The notes: generated by a model from the letters alone, not told the origin. A stretch of 64,000 bases of DNA from the human T2T-CHM13v2.0 reference genome, Homo sapiens (GCF_009914755.1 NC_060931.1); one strand, 5' to 3'; shown: positions 14,588 through 27,856, counted from the first letter of the stretch. Translations and numbers: made by a program.

Positions 14588-16251
14588 TTAAGCAAAGGTT
14601 CTCCAAACACAGAGGTGTGTACCTCTTGTACAGCATACACACACGCAAATTCGTACACACACAGACTCTTACATCATAAGCATGAGCTGTACTTTTAGTC
14701 AAATTTTTAGTTTATCTTTTAAAAGTAAAGGTGAAACATGACCAAATAAATTACAGATAATTATTTTTTAATCACAAGGATTTTTCTATACATACTCGGA
14801 AAGAATAGACTCATAGTTGCAATGTATGCAATATACCCACAAGACTGCATGGCATAGCGCCTATGCTTGAATTTGTGTATTAAAATATCTGAGTTAATTA
14901 TCACTGACCTTAAGGCAAATCTTCAAAATAAAAAAATGTAGCCATACCTCCAGGTAGCATTGGCATTAATTTAATAATATTCTTTCCTCACCACATTAGG
15001 TTGATTTAAGATAGGAAATAAAATATAGCCTAAGGCAAATACCTAAAGTCAGTCTTATGAATAATCCACCCTCAGAGCTCATAAGACACAGGAGATTGAA
15101 CAGGGAACATACTAGAAGTGGACACTGTTAATAAAAGTTTTTTAAAAGGGACTCTGGCTCAAGTAGACTAAAATATAGCCATGGAATAGGAATTGAAAAT
15201 GTTCACAGGAAAATAATTTGCTCATCTGAAACTTCTAGATCCAATGAAAATAAATATTACCAGATTTGAGAAACAAAATAAAATAACAGTAATTCTGAGG
15301 AAAAGCAATTTTGTCTGTAATATTTCTGGAAGCCATTCAAGTAGCTAAAGGAATTTTACATATGTGCTATGAAATGGCCACTAATTTACCCATTTTACTA
15401 CTTCATAAAATGACATTTTAAAAAGTAATCAATACTGTTAATTAGAATTTTGATGCATGACATCAAATTCCATTGTTTGGAAAAGTAGTTGGAAAATTCA
15501 CCAAAGAAATTCTAGCTGAAAAATAATAATTCCATTTTATTTTTTGGGATAGGTACAGATGCAGTTCAATCTCCTTTACGATAAGAAACGGTTAACATGT
15601 GCTTTTATTTTCAGGGTTAAGTGAGGAGTTAAGAACAGTGACTTTTATCTAGAGCTACTCAATATGGATTACTTTGTATTATTACTACCAGAACCACTAC
15701 CATCATCACCGTCATCATCATCATTCTCACCACCTAATCATAGTGTCAGCAAAACATTTCTTAGAAAACAAGAAATAAAGCATCACCAGTATCTTACTTC
15801 CTATTTGGAAATGGTGCTGAGTGAGTTGCTGTAAATCATCATCTTTATTAACAATACAAAAAAATAGCTACCTCATTTTCTTCAGTTCAAAAATCACATG
15901 TGGCCATTGATCAGTGGAGCCTTTTAGAATTTGGTATGAAGGTAATTTGTTTTGCAAACTCCAATGGTTCCAAGCCACTCTGTCTTGTCCCTGGGGTTTC
16001 ATCCCCCTGGACTCGCTTCTCCCCTCAGCTTTGCCTCCTAAATTTCTATCCATTCTCAGCATGCAGATTACATGCAATTTCTAGGTATCCCTTTCACACT
16101 TCCTAAGGGTCATTCCCCTACACATGACTATAACTGACTATACTTCCTTCCAATCCAATGTCTAATATTGTGCATTTAAAATGTGTCTATGTATTAGTTT
16201 GCCCCAATATCCTTTTGAAAAAATATCCATACTTTAAAAAGATGAAGGGGC

Positions 16252-16374
16252 GGCTGGGTGCCCTGGCTCATGCCTATAATCCCAGCACTTTGGGAGGCTG
16301 AGGTGATAGAATTGCCTGAGCTCAGTCAGGAGTTTGAGATCAGCCCAGGAAACATTGTAAAACCTTGTCTCTAC

Positions 16375-16407
<33 letters not shown>

Positions 16408-16590
16408 AATTAGCCTGGCATAGTGGCATGCACCTGTGACCCCAGCTACTTGGGAGGCTGATGTGGGAAGACCTCCTGAGACTGGGAGGGAGGCAGAGCT
16501 TGCAGTGAGCTGTGATTGCGCCACTGCACTCTAGCCTGGGTGACAGTGAGACCCTTTCTCAAAAATAAAATTAAAATTAACAAAAAAAAA
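16252..16590 (+). mobile_element. Alu SINE (AluJ-type) with expanded poly(A) linker
   Basis: Diverged Alu, middle A-run about 27 nt (16375-16401); TSD AAAAAGATGAAGG. Confidence 0.93.
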
Positions 16591-16869
16591 GATGAAGGAG
16601 ATTTCTTTTTGCCTCTCTATCCCTAACACATAATTTTTAAACAAGCACATTAAATATTCCTTGTGGCAATTTTAATAAATGTCTAAGTATGAACACAAGG
16701 TGAAGCTCATTCATACTACGTTCTAGTTGAAGACAAAATGTTCTTTCCTTAGATACCACATATATTTATTTTTTTCACAAAAAAATAGTTTAAAACATTA
16801 AGAACATAAAGCAAATGCTGTTCCCAAATGCCACCCCTGCACCTTAAATTATTTGTCATGTCCTAATGC

Positions 16870-17130
16870 TTACATTTCTGAAGTCTCTTACATTTACACC
16901 CTCCTCTCCATCTTCACTGGACAAATGTGGTTAAAGATCTCATAAACAGTTTTCTTTCTTCCCTAAAAAGCTTTCCAATTAGTCTCCTGCAAGCTTAAAT
17001 TTTCTCTTTTTTAATTCCACTGCCTGAGTGATTTTTCAAAATAATGAAATAATTCTGTCACTCCCAGAATCAAAGAGATCCAGTAAAACCTCATTGACTT
17101 TGGGGTAAAGTCCAAAGCCCTTAGAGTCTC
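16870..17130 (+). mobile_element. L2 fragment
   Basis: CTCCTCTCCATC..., TTCTGTCACTCCC..., GGGGTAAAGTCCAAAGCCCTTAG typical of the L2 3' region. Confidence 0.65.
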
Positions 17131-17717
17131 AATAACTTTCTAACCAAAACATCAACAATTCTTTTCAATAATCCAAAACCTGGTCATTGGACAGGCACTG
17201 GGCAAGGCATTTTACATGTATTTTCTTATTAATTGTCACAACCACCAGATGGAGCAGATTTAATTGTTATCCTGGAAATGTCTCTTTGCCACAAATGTGT
17301 CATTGAAGATGTCCAATTATTTTCCATTTGTGGAGTAACTCTTTTGATTATTTCATGAATGATATAGAATTTGAAAGCTTCTTTTTTCAAAATAATTAAT
17401 TTCAACTAGTAATATGTTGTCTCTTTTATCTAAAGCTTAAAAATTTTCTCTTCAGTATTTCATTTTATGATGTAAAAGCTTTCCTCATAAATGTGTATAT
17501 GTGTGTGTGTGTTTTGTGTGTGTGTAGCGAGAGAGATAGAGTATATATCTCTCTACCATGCCTGTTTTGTCTCACGTTGTTATACTTTTGTAATTTTCTT
17601 TAATATTCACTGGCAAGTTCATTTATTTTCATATACTGGTTAGAATTTCTTCACATCCAATCTGGCTATCCATGCTGCTAGTATGTCATTTCATTGATGA
17701 TCACCTATGTGATGGTA

Positions 17718-17776
17718 GTAGTTGTTGTTGTTGTTATTTTGTTGTTGTTTTTATTTTGTTGTTGTTGTTGTTGTTT
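17718..17776. repeat. Imperfect (GTT)n microsatellite
   Basis: GTTGTTGTT runs interrupted by ATTTT. Confidence 0.85.
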
Positions 17777-17846
17777 TTCCTAAGAACACTTTCTGAATCT
17801 GTTTATCATCTTTTAGCATTCCTTTCAGACATCTCTGCTCTTTTTT

Positions 17847-18360
17847 TTTGAACAAATGTGGCATCCTCTTTAATCTTGCTGATGATACAAATTTGTAGGG
17901 AGTCTTAATTTTTTAATTCATCTGTTCTTCAGCTACTCCATTTCTGAAATGAGTGTTAATACTGACTTTTGCATTTGGTGTTTTTTGAAGGAAAATCATT
18001 CCATTTCACCGGTCCTTGTGGAGGGACAGAGCGGGGTGTCCCATCTCCCATGCTGTTGACATTGGAGCTGGGTAATTCTTTGCTGTGGCGGCTGTCCGGT
18101 GCACTGCAGGATGTTTAGCAGCATCGTCGGCCTCAAATCATTAGATGCCGGTAGTGGTCCCCCAAACATACATGCAAATATATCTCTAGATGTTGCCTGC
18201 AGTTGAGAACCTGTATTATTTAAACAAGTGCATCATCCTCTTTAATCTTGCTGATGATACAAATTTGTAGTGAGTCTTAATTTTTTAATTCACCTGTTCT
18301 TCAGTTACTCCATTTCTGAAATAAAAGTTAATACTGACTTTTGCAATTAATGTTTGTTGA
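17847..18360. repeat. About 142-bp direct repeat (17847-17988 and 18219-18360) flanking MER20
   Basis: CATCCTCTTTAATCTTGCTGATGATACAAATTTGTAG...TTAATACTGACTTTTGCA occurs twice, offset 372 bp. Confidence 0.95.
18028..18213 (-). mobile_element. MER20 (hAT-Charlie) DNA transposon
   Basis: TTGACATT..TAATTCTTTG..GGCTGTCC..GCACTGCAGGATGTTTAGCAGCATC..TAGATGCC..GTTGAGAACC. Confidence 0.88.
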
Positions 18361-20089
18361 CTCTCCCCAGTTCTTAACCATAGCCTTATTAAGGTAATTT
18401 TTGATGCGTTTGAAAGAAAAATATGGATTTAAAATGTTAACACCCATGTTTTGAGGGATCCGAAGGCAGAAATGTTCTTTCTCAACCATACAGTGGCATG
18501 GCATACCAGACTCCCAGCCCAGAGGTCTGAGACTTGGAGGTCCTTTGGCCATGTTTCATAAAAAGATGGCATTTCATTTTCCATATATCTGACATAATTG
18601 GTTTTGAAACTGACTTCCATCCCCCCAGCAATCTCCTTCCTTTAAACTGCTGTATTTGTGCATATAACTACTCTGTTTTCATTCGCAATGAAGCACTTTT
18701 CTTTTTGGCCAATATCATAATTGAGATAATGTACATTAGAGATTATGTGCTTCTCAGTTTAAATATATTGACTCCTTTTGAAGGCAAAAGAGCAATGTTT
18801 CGGTTGACTACAGTATTTCTCACCACTGGAGTTTCAGAAGACCGTGGATGTGAGTGGTAGTTGGCAGAACCAAATATCATATCACATGTTGTTTTCTTTC
18901 AGATTCCTGTGGTACTATGACATGTTCGCATTTAAACTAATTCATTGAAAGTCAATTCTCCCAAAATTGAGTCTGTTTAAAGATTTAGTTCCCTGATAAC
19001 TAGTCTCCCTAAAATCTAACACTTCAGAACATGTGAACACCCATCATGAAAAATGATTGTTTTATAGTTTGTGGATGTGCTTTTAATGTTTTATTCACCT
19101 TTGAATCTTTTCAGGAATTTTTAATCAGTTGATTAAAAAAATATTTTTCTTCATAATATCATGTTCTCATTTTATATTTATCTGGCAGTGATGTTTTGAG
19201 ATATTATTTTGTGTTTATGATCTAGAATTGTTTTATTCAAATTAAAAATCCTAAAAATAAAATTAAGTTTAATAAAACTACGGCCTAGACATTGCATTTA
19301 TTAATTTCTGTCAACAAACTATCAATGCCTCATAGAAGCCCCTGAAAATTTAACAAACACATAAATTGAAAGTAGTTACAGGAGGAAAAAAATAATAGCA
19401 AAAGGAGGCTATAAATTCAGAAAAGACATAATTCTAGTTAAAATTCTTGGATGTATTATCTTCTGTTTCTAAAAAAATTATTTTATAGGTATGAACTATT
19501 CAAAGAACATTATTTTATAATCAACAAGGGAGCAGTGAAATACTTTTTTGCGATCCCAATGGAAGGTTATTATGAAGAGATTAAATCTTCTTTTCAATGG
19601 CCACATAATGCCATGAACATTGCATTTAGACCTCTTAGTACCCTCTATACACTGTGATTCAGGATATAGTAGTGCCCAAAGCATGAGAACATTATCATAA
19701 TTTGCCCTCAGGGAGCCCAAAGATGGTCCAGCAGTGAGGAAAGCTATACAATCATCTGCAAATGGCAGGTCAGTCATCAGAGTGCAAGACAGTGAAACAG
19801 AGCTGTGAAAAATATAAGGAACATCATAGGAAAATTGAATCAAAAGAGACAAAATGACTTCATAAAAGTTATGAAAAATGGCTAAAGCAATTGTGAAGTA
19901 TAGTAAGGAAGAGGGATTTGGTCACATAAAAAGAAGGAGATTTCAGGATTGACAGTGAAACTGTAATAATTTAGACCCTACTGAACAGGCACAGGGATGA
20001 TACTACAGGCAACGTGACATACACCAGGGTCCCAGATATATACTGAGTCATGAGCACCTGTGCAAATTCTTCACCCACCTTGAAGCCCA

Positions 20090-20470
20090 CTCCTTCACCA
20101 TCTCCTTTGCTGAATTCTTCTCCTCTTGTTAAGCTCTAAATGTTAGATTTTCCAAGCCTTTAACGCCTGGACCTCTTTTGTGCTTTATCTATAATTACTC
20201 CCTGGACCTTACAGTCCTCTTGCTTTAGATTCCATTTCCATGCTAATGCATTTCTCCCTTATAACTCAGATCCTGCTGTTCCCCTCAGCTCCAGACTCCC
20301 AGATCCAGCTACCTACTCTAGTCTCTTTTTGTATATCTAATAAAGATATAAAAGACATCCAAATAAACTCCGATCTCCACCTGCACACTCTTTTCTTACC
20401 CCCATATTTTCCCTTCACAGTTAATGGTCATATTATTCATCCACATGCACAAGCCCAAATCCCTAGAAAT
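20090..20470 (+). mobile_element. L2 (L2a-like) fragment
   Basis: CTCTAAATGTT.., GCTCCAGACTCCCAGATCCAGCTACCTACT, CAGTTAATGGTCA..CAAGCCCAAATCCCTAG. Confidence 0.75.
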
Positions 20471-21501
20471 TTTTCCTTAGTATGGAATTATAAGCAGTAG
20501 CTAAATTTAATGAGTTAGATCAATTTACATCAACATGTAACGAACTGAAATAAATAATTTGGATTTTAAAAACACAGAAGGATTTGTATAACATGCTACC
20601 ATAGATATGATTTTTAAATGCACTTTTAATAAGATAATATTTATGAATATTAATGCAGTTAAAAACTACAATTTTGACTTTGTTATTTTCTCCACAGAGA
20701 GATAATTTTGAGGTTGGCTTTTAAGGAAAACTTTATATGTATCTATGGTTTTACTTCTTAAGAACTGTCTAGATCAAATACGGCAAAATGTAATTATATA
20801 TGCAGCTCACATGGATGTAATGTTACTTTCTGTTCTTTTATTTAGCTTTAACTAATATAAAGCATGATGTAAATCAAGATTGAGGAGAAAAGAAAGGGCA
20901 CTGTCACAGCAATCCCATTCTCTGGGTCTTATAAGGTCTTCTAAGGAATGAACTTTGTAGAACTAAAAGGTTTGCTGAGGGCAGACAAATAAGCCCAGAA
21001 TGGCATCACTTGTTTATTTAATGGGCTGCAATGTTATAAATATTTCATTGAGCAACACTCAGGGAGGAATTGTTCTGAATGCACAATAAAACTCAAACAA
21101 GAAATACTATGCAGGAAAGCACTGTGCTAGGCAAGCCAATCTCTACCACATATGAGCAATATATCAAGGGTAGCTAAGGCAGTGGGCAGTATGCTGCAGA
21201 GGAAAAAATGTGAGCTGTAAGGCTAGATAAATGTGCATATGTATCCTTTAGTTTGCTCATGGGTAAGTCATTTTACTGTTTTAACCCTCAGGAGTTGAAT
21301 TTATTGGGCACTTGCAAATTTTACATCAGTGTAGTACCTGCATAATCACAGATGGTCAAAAAATGCTAAGATTTGTTTTTGTTGTTTTTGTTAATTTTCT
21401 GCAAACGCAGTTCCATCCACACTATTTCATTCACTAAATGACACTGAGATATTATTAATTTGAAATGACGGTATGCAATAGTTAACTCACTAGTTTATCT
21501 T

Positions 21502-21534
21502 CTTATTAAATACAACTGTGCTGTATTTAATAAG
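21502..21534. repeat. Perfect 13-bp inverted repeat with 7-nt spacer
   Basis: CTTATTAAATACA-actgtgc-TGTATTTAATAAG. Confidence 0.9.
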
Positions 21535-21879
21535 CAGCATCTATCCAGTATTATTGTCATAAAATTTGCATTCATGCTTTAGCAATTGCCCTTGTAACAT
21601 ATAACTCTTCTAGGCAGAAATATATCTGGCTAAGGCAGCTCTCAAATAGGATAACGTTTAGTTGGTGCTCTCACTTTGGCCACCATCTCTGGATGGGCCT
21701 GTATTTAGCGAGGTATTTATCTTAACTCTTGTAGGTGTTAGGAATATGACAGGAGAAGTTTGTGCTACTGAAAGAAATTAATATACACATTATTATAGAT
21801 CTGTTTAAAATACATATATATATAATAATTGCAAAGGCTGTTTGTCAGGAATCAGTGACAAACTTCTTGATTAGTACAT

Positions 21880-22290
21880 TAATCAAGGCAATTAACGTTA
21901 GCTGATGTAAAAATAAAAAAAATCTCAGTAGCTTAATACAGCAAAATTTATATCTCATTCACCTTATATCCAGTATGGATTGGCACCCTCAGTGGGTGAC
22001 CATGAGATGCAGGTAATAATGGTTCCCTGCTCATCTTATCCCCTGGATGTTTCTCCAACACCTGTTCATTTCCTAGTCTTGCCCACATCTCTGTATCTGA
22101 TCCTTCATTAAATTTTCATCAACTGAAGTTGGAGATACTCTCAATGACCCATTAAATATAGCAGACTACCTCACGTTAACTTACACACCACTGTCCAAAA
22201 CATATTCAGATGGCCCAACCTAACACACAGGCTCAAGCTGTAATTTTTCTGTCCTCCCAGGAAGAGGCAATTGGTTGGTGAGCATCTAGA
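21880..22290 (-). mobile_element. Old MLT1 (MaLR) LTR
   Basis: AAATCTCAGTAGCTTAATACAGCAAAATTTATATCTCATTCAC... GGAAGAGG..TTGGTGAGCA. Confidence 0.6.
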
Positions 22291-23079
22291 CTGTTTCTGC
22301 TTTTCCAAAGCGTCTTCCTGAGGACAGTGGTATTCTATCATATTAAAATAATTTAATTACTTAATAAATGTGTTGGTGATGAAACACATTTGAGAAATGC
22401 TGAGCTAAAGAAGCTGGAAGTGTTTATAATATTTTAATCATACACATACAAGCATGTAATGTTGTAATGTGCAAGAGTCAGTCTCCTAGATTGAAATGTT
22501 GTCTGCAGAATTTTCCCTTTGGAAATACATATTTTTTATGAAGCACATGATGTGAGTGGAGTTATTTCCTGGGAAGTCAGTTTGGGAAATACTATTGAAG
22601 TTATTTCTCAATAAGCAGCTGGTGGGTCCATCAGTGAATTTGCCAAGGAATAGTTTCTGAATTTATCAAAATAGATTCCACTTTTACCAAACTCTGCTTA
22701 ATTTCCTCTGCATGCCCTGTGCTCTTCTTTCGTTACATCATCTTCACTGGTGCACATTGCTGTATTTTGCAGCATGTGCAGAATTAATTTTTAATTCCTA
22801 TATTTGCAACTTCTTCTATTTACAATCAACACCCTCGTTAACAATTCTAATACATATTTGGATTCATTCAATATGCTCGTAAATCTTGCCTCTCTGCTTC
22901 AATTGTTAATTCATCATTTGTAGGCCACCAAAACTACTAAGAGAATAGAGTGAATATCATAATTTTAAAACAATGTCTGTGTTTAACCAAATATTACCTG
23001 GGAAGATCACTTCCTTCAGAGGCTTTTCTAATAGTGCAGAAAGTCAAGATTCAGAGTCATGAACAGCATCGCAATAACA

Positions 23080-23592
<513 letters not shown>

Positions 23593-24289
23593 ATGAAACA
23601 CTGGAGAAAGTGTTGATATGTTGGAATGCAAATGACAGTATATATATATAAAAAAAAAAAGACAAATTGAAAGTAAATAAACCAATCCAATAGAAAAAAT
23701 TAAAACTTTAACATTATGTAAGTAATGTTCTCAGGGAAACAGAGGAAAAACCGAGCAGCTATGTAAAAAAAGAACCAAGTAGAGACACAGAGTTGGATAA
23801 ATATAAACATCAAAATAAAGTGCTCAGACTATGAGTTAAATAGCAAAATATTTTGGCTGAAATAAAATTAGTGAGGTAGTAGACAAGGTTAAGAATTCTA
23901 TCAGAAATCATCAGTAATGGGTAAAGGACAAAGATAGGAAAGCTCCAAGCTGGAGGAGATGGAAGTAGAAGTATCTTATGTATTTTAAGGTAATTATAGA
24001 ATGGGTAAAATATATGAAAAATTAAACTGAGGAGGCAGGTAAAGTTCAAATAGAAAAAATAAAGAAGTAAAACTACATATAATTAAATTTTAAAATATAG
24101 AATTTCAGAGAAAAGGGATATCACAAACATGGTTTAAAAATTACTAAAAGCTTAGAGTAGACACTGAGACAAATATCTCAGTACAAGTAGTATACATGGG
24201 AAGGATGCATGGAAACAGGGAAGTGAGACAAGGAAGAGGGGAATGCAACAAAGATGACTTACATTACAACAATTTTCTTATAAAGTTAC

Positions 24290-24745
24290 ATATGAACTAA
24301 CTCATAAGGTTACATATAAATTGCCTTAGCAATTTATTCACAACAAATGAAAACATCTGCCCACAAAAATATTTTTTTCAGGAATGAATATTAATAGCAG
24401 CCTTTTTCATAACTGCCAAAACAGAATAACTAAAAGTCCCAACAGAAGGAAGGAACAATTGTGGTCTATCAAACAATGGATCAAAAGATGGTAAGCTGCT
24501 GATACACACGACAGTATAGAAAGATGTCAGGGATGTTATGCTGAGGTAAAGGAGTCACGTACAAAAGAGTGAAATTTCACTCATGCAATTCAAGATAAAA
24601 CTAATTTATGGTAATAAGAAATGTAACTGTGAATGGCTCTGGTAAGAATTAGATGGTGACTGAGTGGAAATGAACACAAGACTTCTCTAGGCTAATGGAA
24701 GTAGACTACGTATCCATCTTGTATGTAACTGTAGAATTGCCTATA
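24290..24745 (+). mobile_element. Old L1ME-type 3' fragment
   Basis: AAATGAAAACATCTGCCCACAAAAA, TAGCAGCCTTTTTCATAA, TTATGCTGAG..., AAAACTAATTTATGGT. Confidence 0.7.
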
Positions 24746-25154
24746 AGAAAATGCATCAAGTTCTTAAACAGGGGAGGAGCCCTAGTGCTGCGGATGCAAC
24801 AGCATGCAGTTCTGCCAGCCTGGGAATGGCCCACAGACACAAGTGTGAGCACACATCAGTCAGGACCTGAATAAGGGCCTGGGGAGGTGGAGCAGGAAAG
24901 CCACAACCTTGAGAGGCAGTCACTTCAGTTAGATTCTTACCTGGGTCAGTTTTTAGCTAGGTTACCTTGGGTACATTGCAACATTTAACTTTCCCAAGAA
25001 TTAATTTTCTAATCTTAATTTATCTCTTAAAATTGATTATATATGTGTATACACACACACTTACATGTATATATGTCCACACACAGGATTATTCTGAGAA
25101 GTAAAAATGATGTGTATATAAATCACATAGCACAAAATATCAAGTAGAACAAAA

Positions 25155-25460
25155 GCTGAGAATAGCCAGTGTTCTCCATGTACCAACACTGTTTAAGGAT
25201 TTTTGTGGTGTTAACACGTTTAATCATCATAACAACTTGATGAGGATGTGATAGTTCCATAGGAAAACATTATTTCACATAATTCTATTTCCTCTCTACA
25301 TACATTTCTATATATTCAATATAGTATTCTATACGGTACCTTAAGAACTATTATTTTCCTATTTTACAGAAGAAACAGAGTCAAAGAATTGAGATATTGG
25401 CCCACAGGCATGCATACCAGGTTTATCTCGAAGCTGGGATTGATCTCAGGCCGTTTGTAA
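25155..25460 (-). mobile_element. MIR (fragmented)
   Basis: TTTAATCATCATAACAAC..., CTATTTTACAGAAGAAACAGAG...GCCCACAGG..GCTGGGATTGA. Confidence 0.6.
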
Positions 25461-25707
25461 TATCTGTGCTGTGAACAATTGCTATAGAAAGAGAACAATT
25501 TTTTAAGTCACTGTGGGACCACAGCAGCGGGGGCAGGGGGACTTTATTCTGCAAAGGGAGGTGAAACAAAGTTTCAGACAGAAAGTGGCATGAGCATGTT
25601 TTTAATAGCAAGTTTAATTATCAAATTAAATATTAGGTTGGTGCAAAAGTAATTGCGGTTTCAGATCATAAATTTAAATCTTATAACTATGCTCAAACAC
25701 ATCTTTA

Positions 25708-26890
25708 TTAATCAAAATGAGAACCATTACAATCAACACATTTTTGCCAACGAGAAATGTTTGTTTCTTCCTGTAGCATAAAAATCCATGTTTCTGGATT
25801 CGATGAACTCTTGGAAAGCATTTTCTGCATCCTGCCGGCTTTGGAAGCATTTTCCCTGCAAAATGCTGTGGAATCGGTAGTCAGTGGGTGAGAGGTCAAG
25901 TGAATATGGTGGATGAGGCAAAACTTCATAGCCCAATTTGTTCAACTTTTAAAGTGTTGGTTGTGCGATGGGTGGTCTAGTGTTGTCATGGAGAAGAGTG
26001 CCTTTCAAGGGTGTGGCTTTCCCGTTCCACCTCCGCAGGCCTTTATGCAGGTCCTGACTGATATGTGCTCACACTTGTGTCTGTGAATGGCTCTGGTAAG
26101 AATTAGATGGTGACTGAGTGGAAACAGACCCGAGACTTCTCTAGGCTAAAGGAAGCAGACTATGTATCCATCTTGTTTGTAACTGCAGAATTGCCTATAC
26201 ATCTAGTGTTGTCTAGTGTTGTCATGGCTGCAGTCTTTGCAGTTTTCAGTGCATCTCATCCATTTGCTGAGCATACTTCTCTGATGTAATGGTTTCGCTG
26301 GGGTTCAGAAAGCTGTAGTGGATCAGACTGGCAGCAGGCCACCAAACAGTGACCATGACCTTTTTTTGGTGCAAGTTTAGCTTTGGGACTTCTTCTAGGT
26401 CCATCTACTGAGCTGGTAATTGTTGGTTGTCGTGCAAAATCCACTTTTTGTCCCACGAAACAATCTGAGAAATAGTTCGTTGTTTATGTGTACAATAAGA
26501 AAAGACGACACTTGAAAATGATGTTTTTCTTTAATTTTTCTCAGCTCATGAGGCACCCAACTTATCGAGCTTTTTCACCTTTCCTGTTTGCTTCAAATGC
26601 GGAACAACCCTAGAATGGTCAACGTTAAGTTTTTCCACAACTTCTCCTGCAGTTGTAAGAGAATCAGCTTTGATGATTGCTCTCAATTGGTCGATGTCAA
26701 CTTTCAATGACCGACCACTGTGCTCCTCATCTTCAAGGCTCTCCTCTCCTTTGCAAAACTTCAAGTACCACTGCACTGTAAGTTCATTAGCAGTTCCTGG
26801 GCTGAATGTGTTGTTGTTGATGTTGCGAGTTGTCTGCGCTGCTTTACAACCATTTTGAACTCGAATTGTTTTTTGTTTAACATCATTTCC
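25708..26890 (-). pseudogene. Hsmar1 mariner transposase pseudogene (frameshifts, deletions, about 230-bp foreign insertion)
   Basis: Peptides ESLEDEEHSGRSLKVDIDQLRAII, HLKQTGKVKKLDK, LHDNTRP, KLGYEVLPHPPYSLDLSPTDY, SRWQKCVDCNGSHFD. Confidence 0.93.
25999..26227. repeat. Composite templated insertion: inverted copy of 24832-24918, direct copy of 24627-24745, duplicated target 25976-25991
   Basis: Manual alignment: about 79/87 and 109/119 identities; CTGTG junction microhomology. Confidence 0.93.
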
Positions 26891-27555
26891 ATAGTCTAAA
26901 ATAAACATAAAATAAACAGCAAGCAATAAGTCATTAGCAAAAAAATAACATAAAATAAAGCAAGAAATGCCCATTAAAGTGTTGTATGACATAACCACAT
27001 TTATTTAAGAATGTATTCCAATATCAAACAGCAAATTCCAACAATGCGAAAACCATGATTACTTTTGCACTCAACTAATAAATCATCTTGCTCAATCTCA
27101 TATACTTAGCATTCTGTAAACCCCGAGGGGCTCCCTGAATAGTCTACAGGGACAGCTGGGAGGAAGGGGGCAGCTAAGTGCAAGCAGTGTGGGTGGCCTG
27201 GGTAAGTCCTTCAACCAGAACATTCTCCTTCATGCCTGGCTCATATAAGAGGATTCCCTAGAAGATTCACTTTGAAAAATGGATTCCAATTTCATTTCAA
27301 AATAATGTTTGAAACCCACAACCATTTTATGATGAGATAGTATAACCTCATTATTTTCACTCTCTGAATTAAGACAACTTGGATGAAATTAAAATCCAAG
27401 TGTTTTTATTCTAATTTTCTTGAGTGGACTATTTTAAAATATGTCTCTTTAAAATGTTTAATTTCTGCTTATCTTTCCAATTGTATAACAAATAGCAAAA
27501 ATATAGAGTATACCTGTGATTTAGAGTAATATTCAGTTTATGTTACCTGTTTACC

Positions 27556-27856
<301 letters not shown>

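Larger units (their letters stand above)
25633..27078 (-). mobile_element. Full-length Hsmar1 mariner transposon (defective)
   Basis: TIR TTAGGTTGGTGCAAAAGTAATTGCGGTTT at 25633, diverged inverted TIR ending 27078, TA on both sides; ORF pieces match Hsmar1 transposase. Confidence 0.96.

Noticed and set aside
18900-19400. Possible ancient DNA-transposon remnant
   Set aside because: Could not identify TIRs or a family with confidence.
26546-26998. 150-aa ORF as a functional transposase or SETMAR
   Set aside because: Only a frameshifted N-terminal Hsmar1 fragment; the catalytic domain is broken and there is no SET domain.
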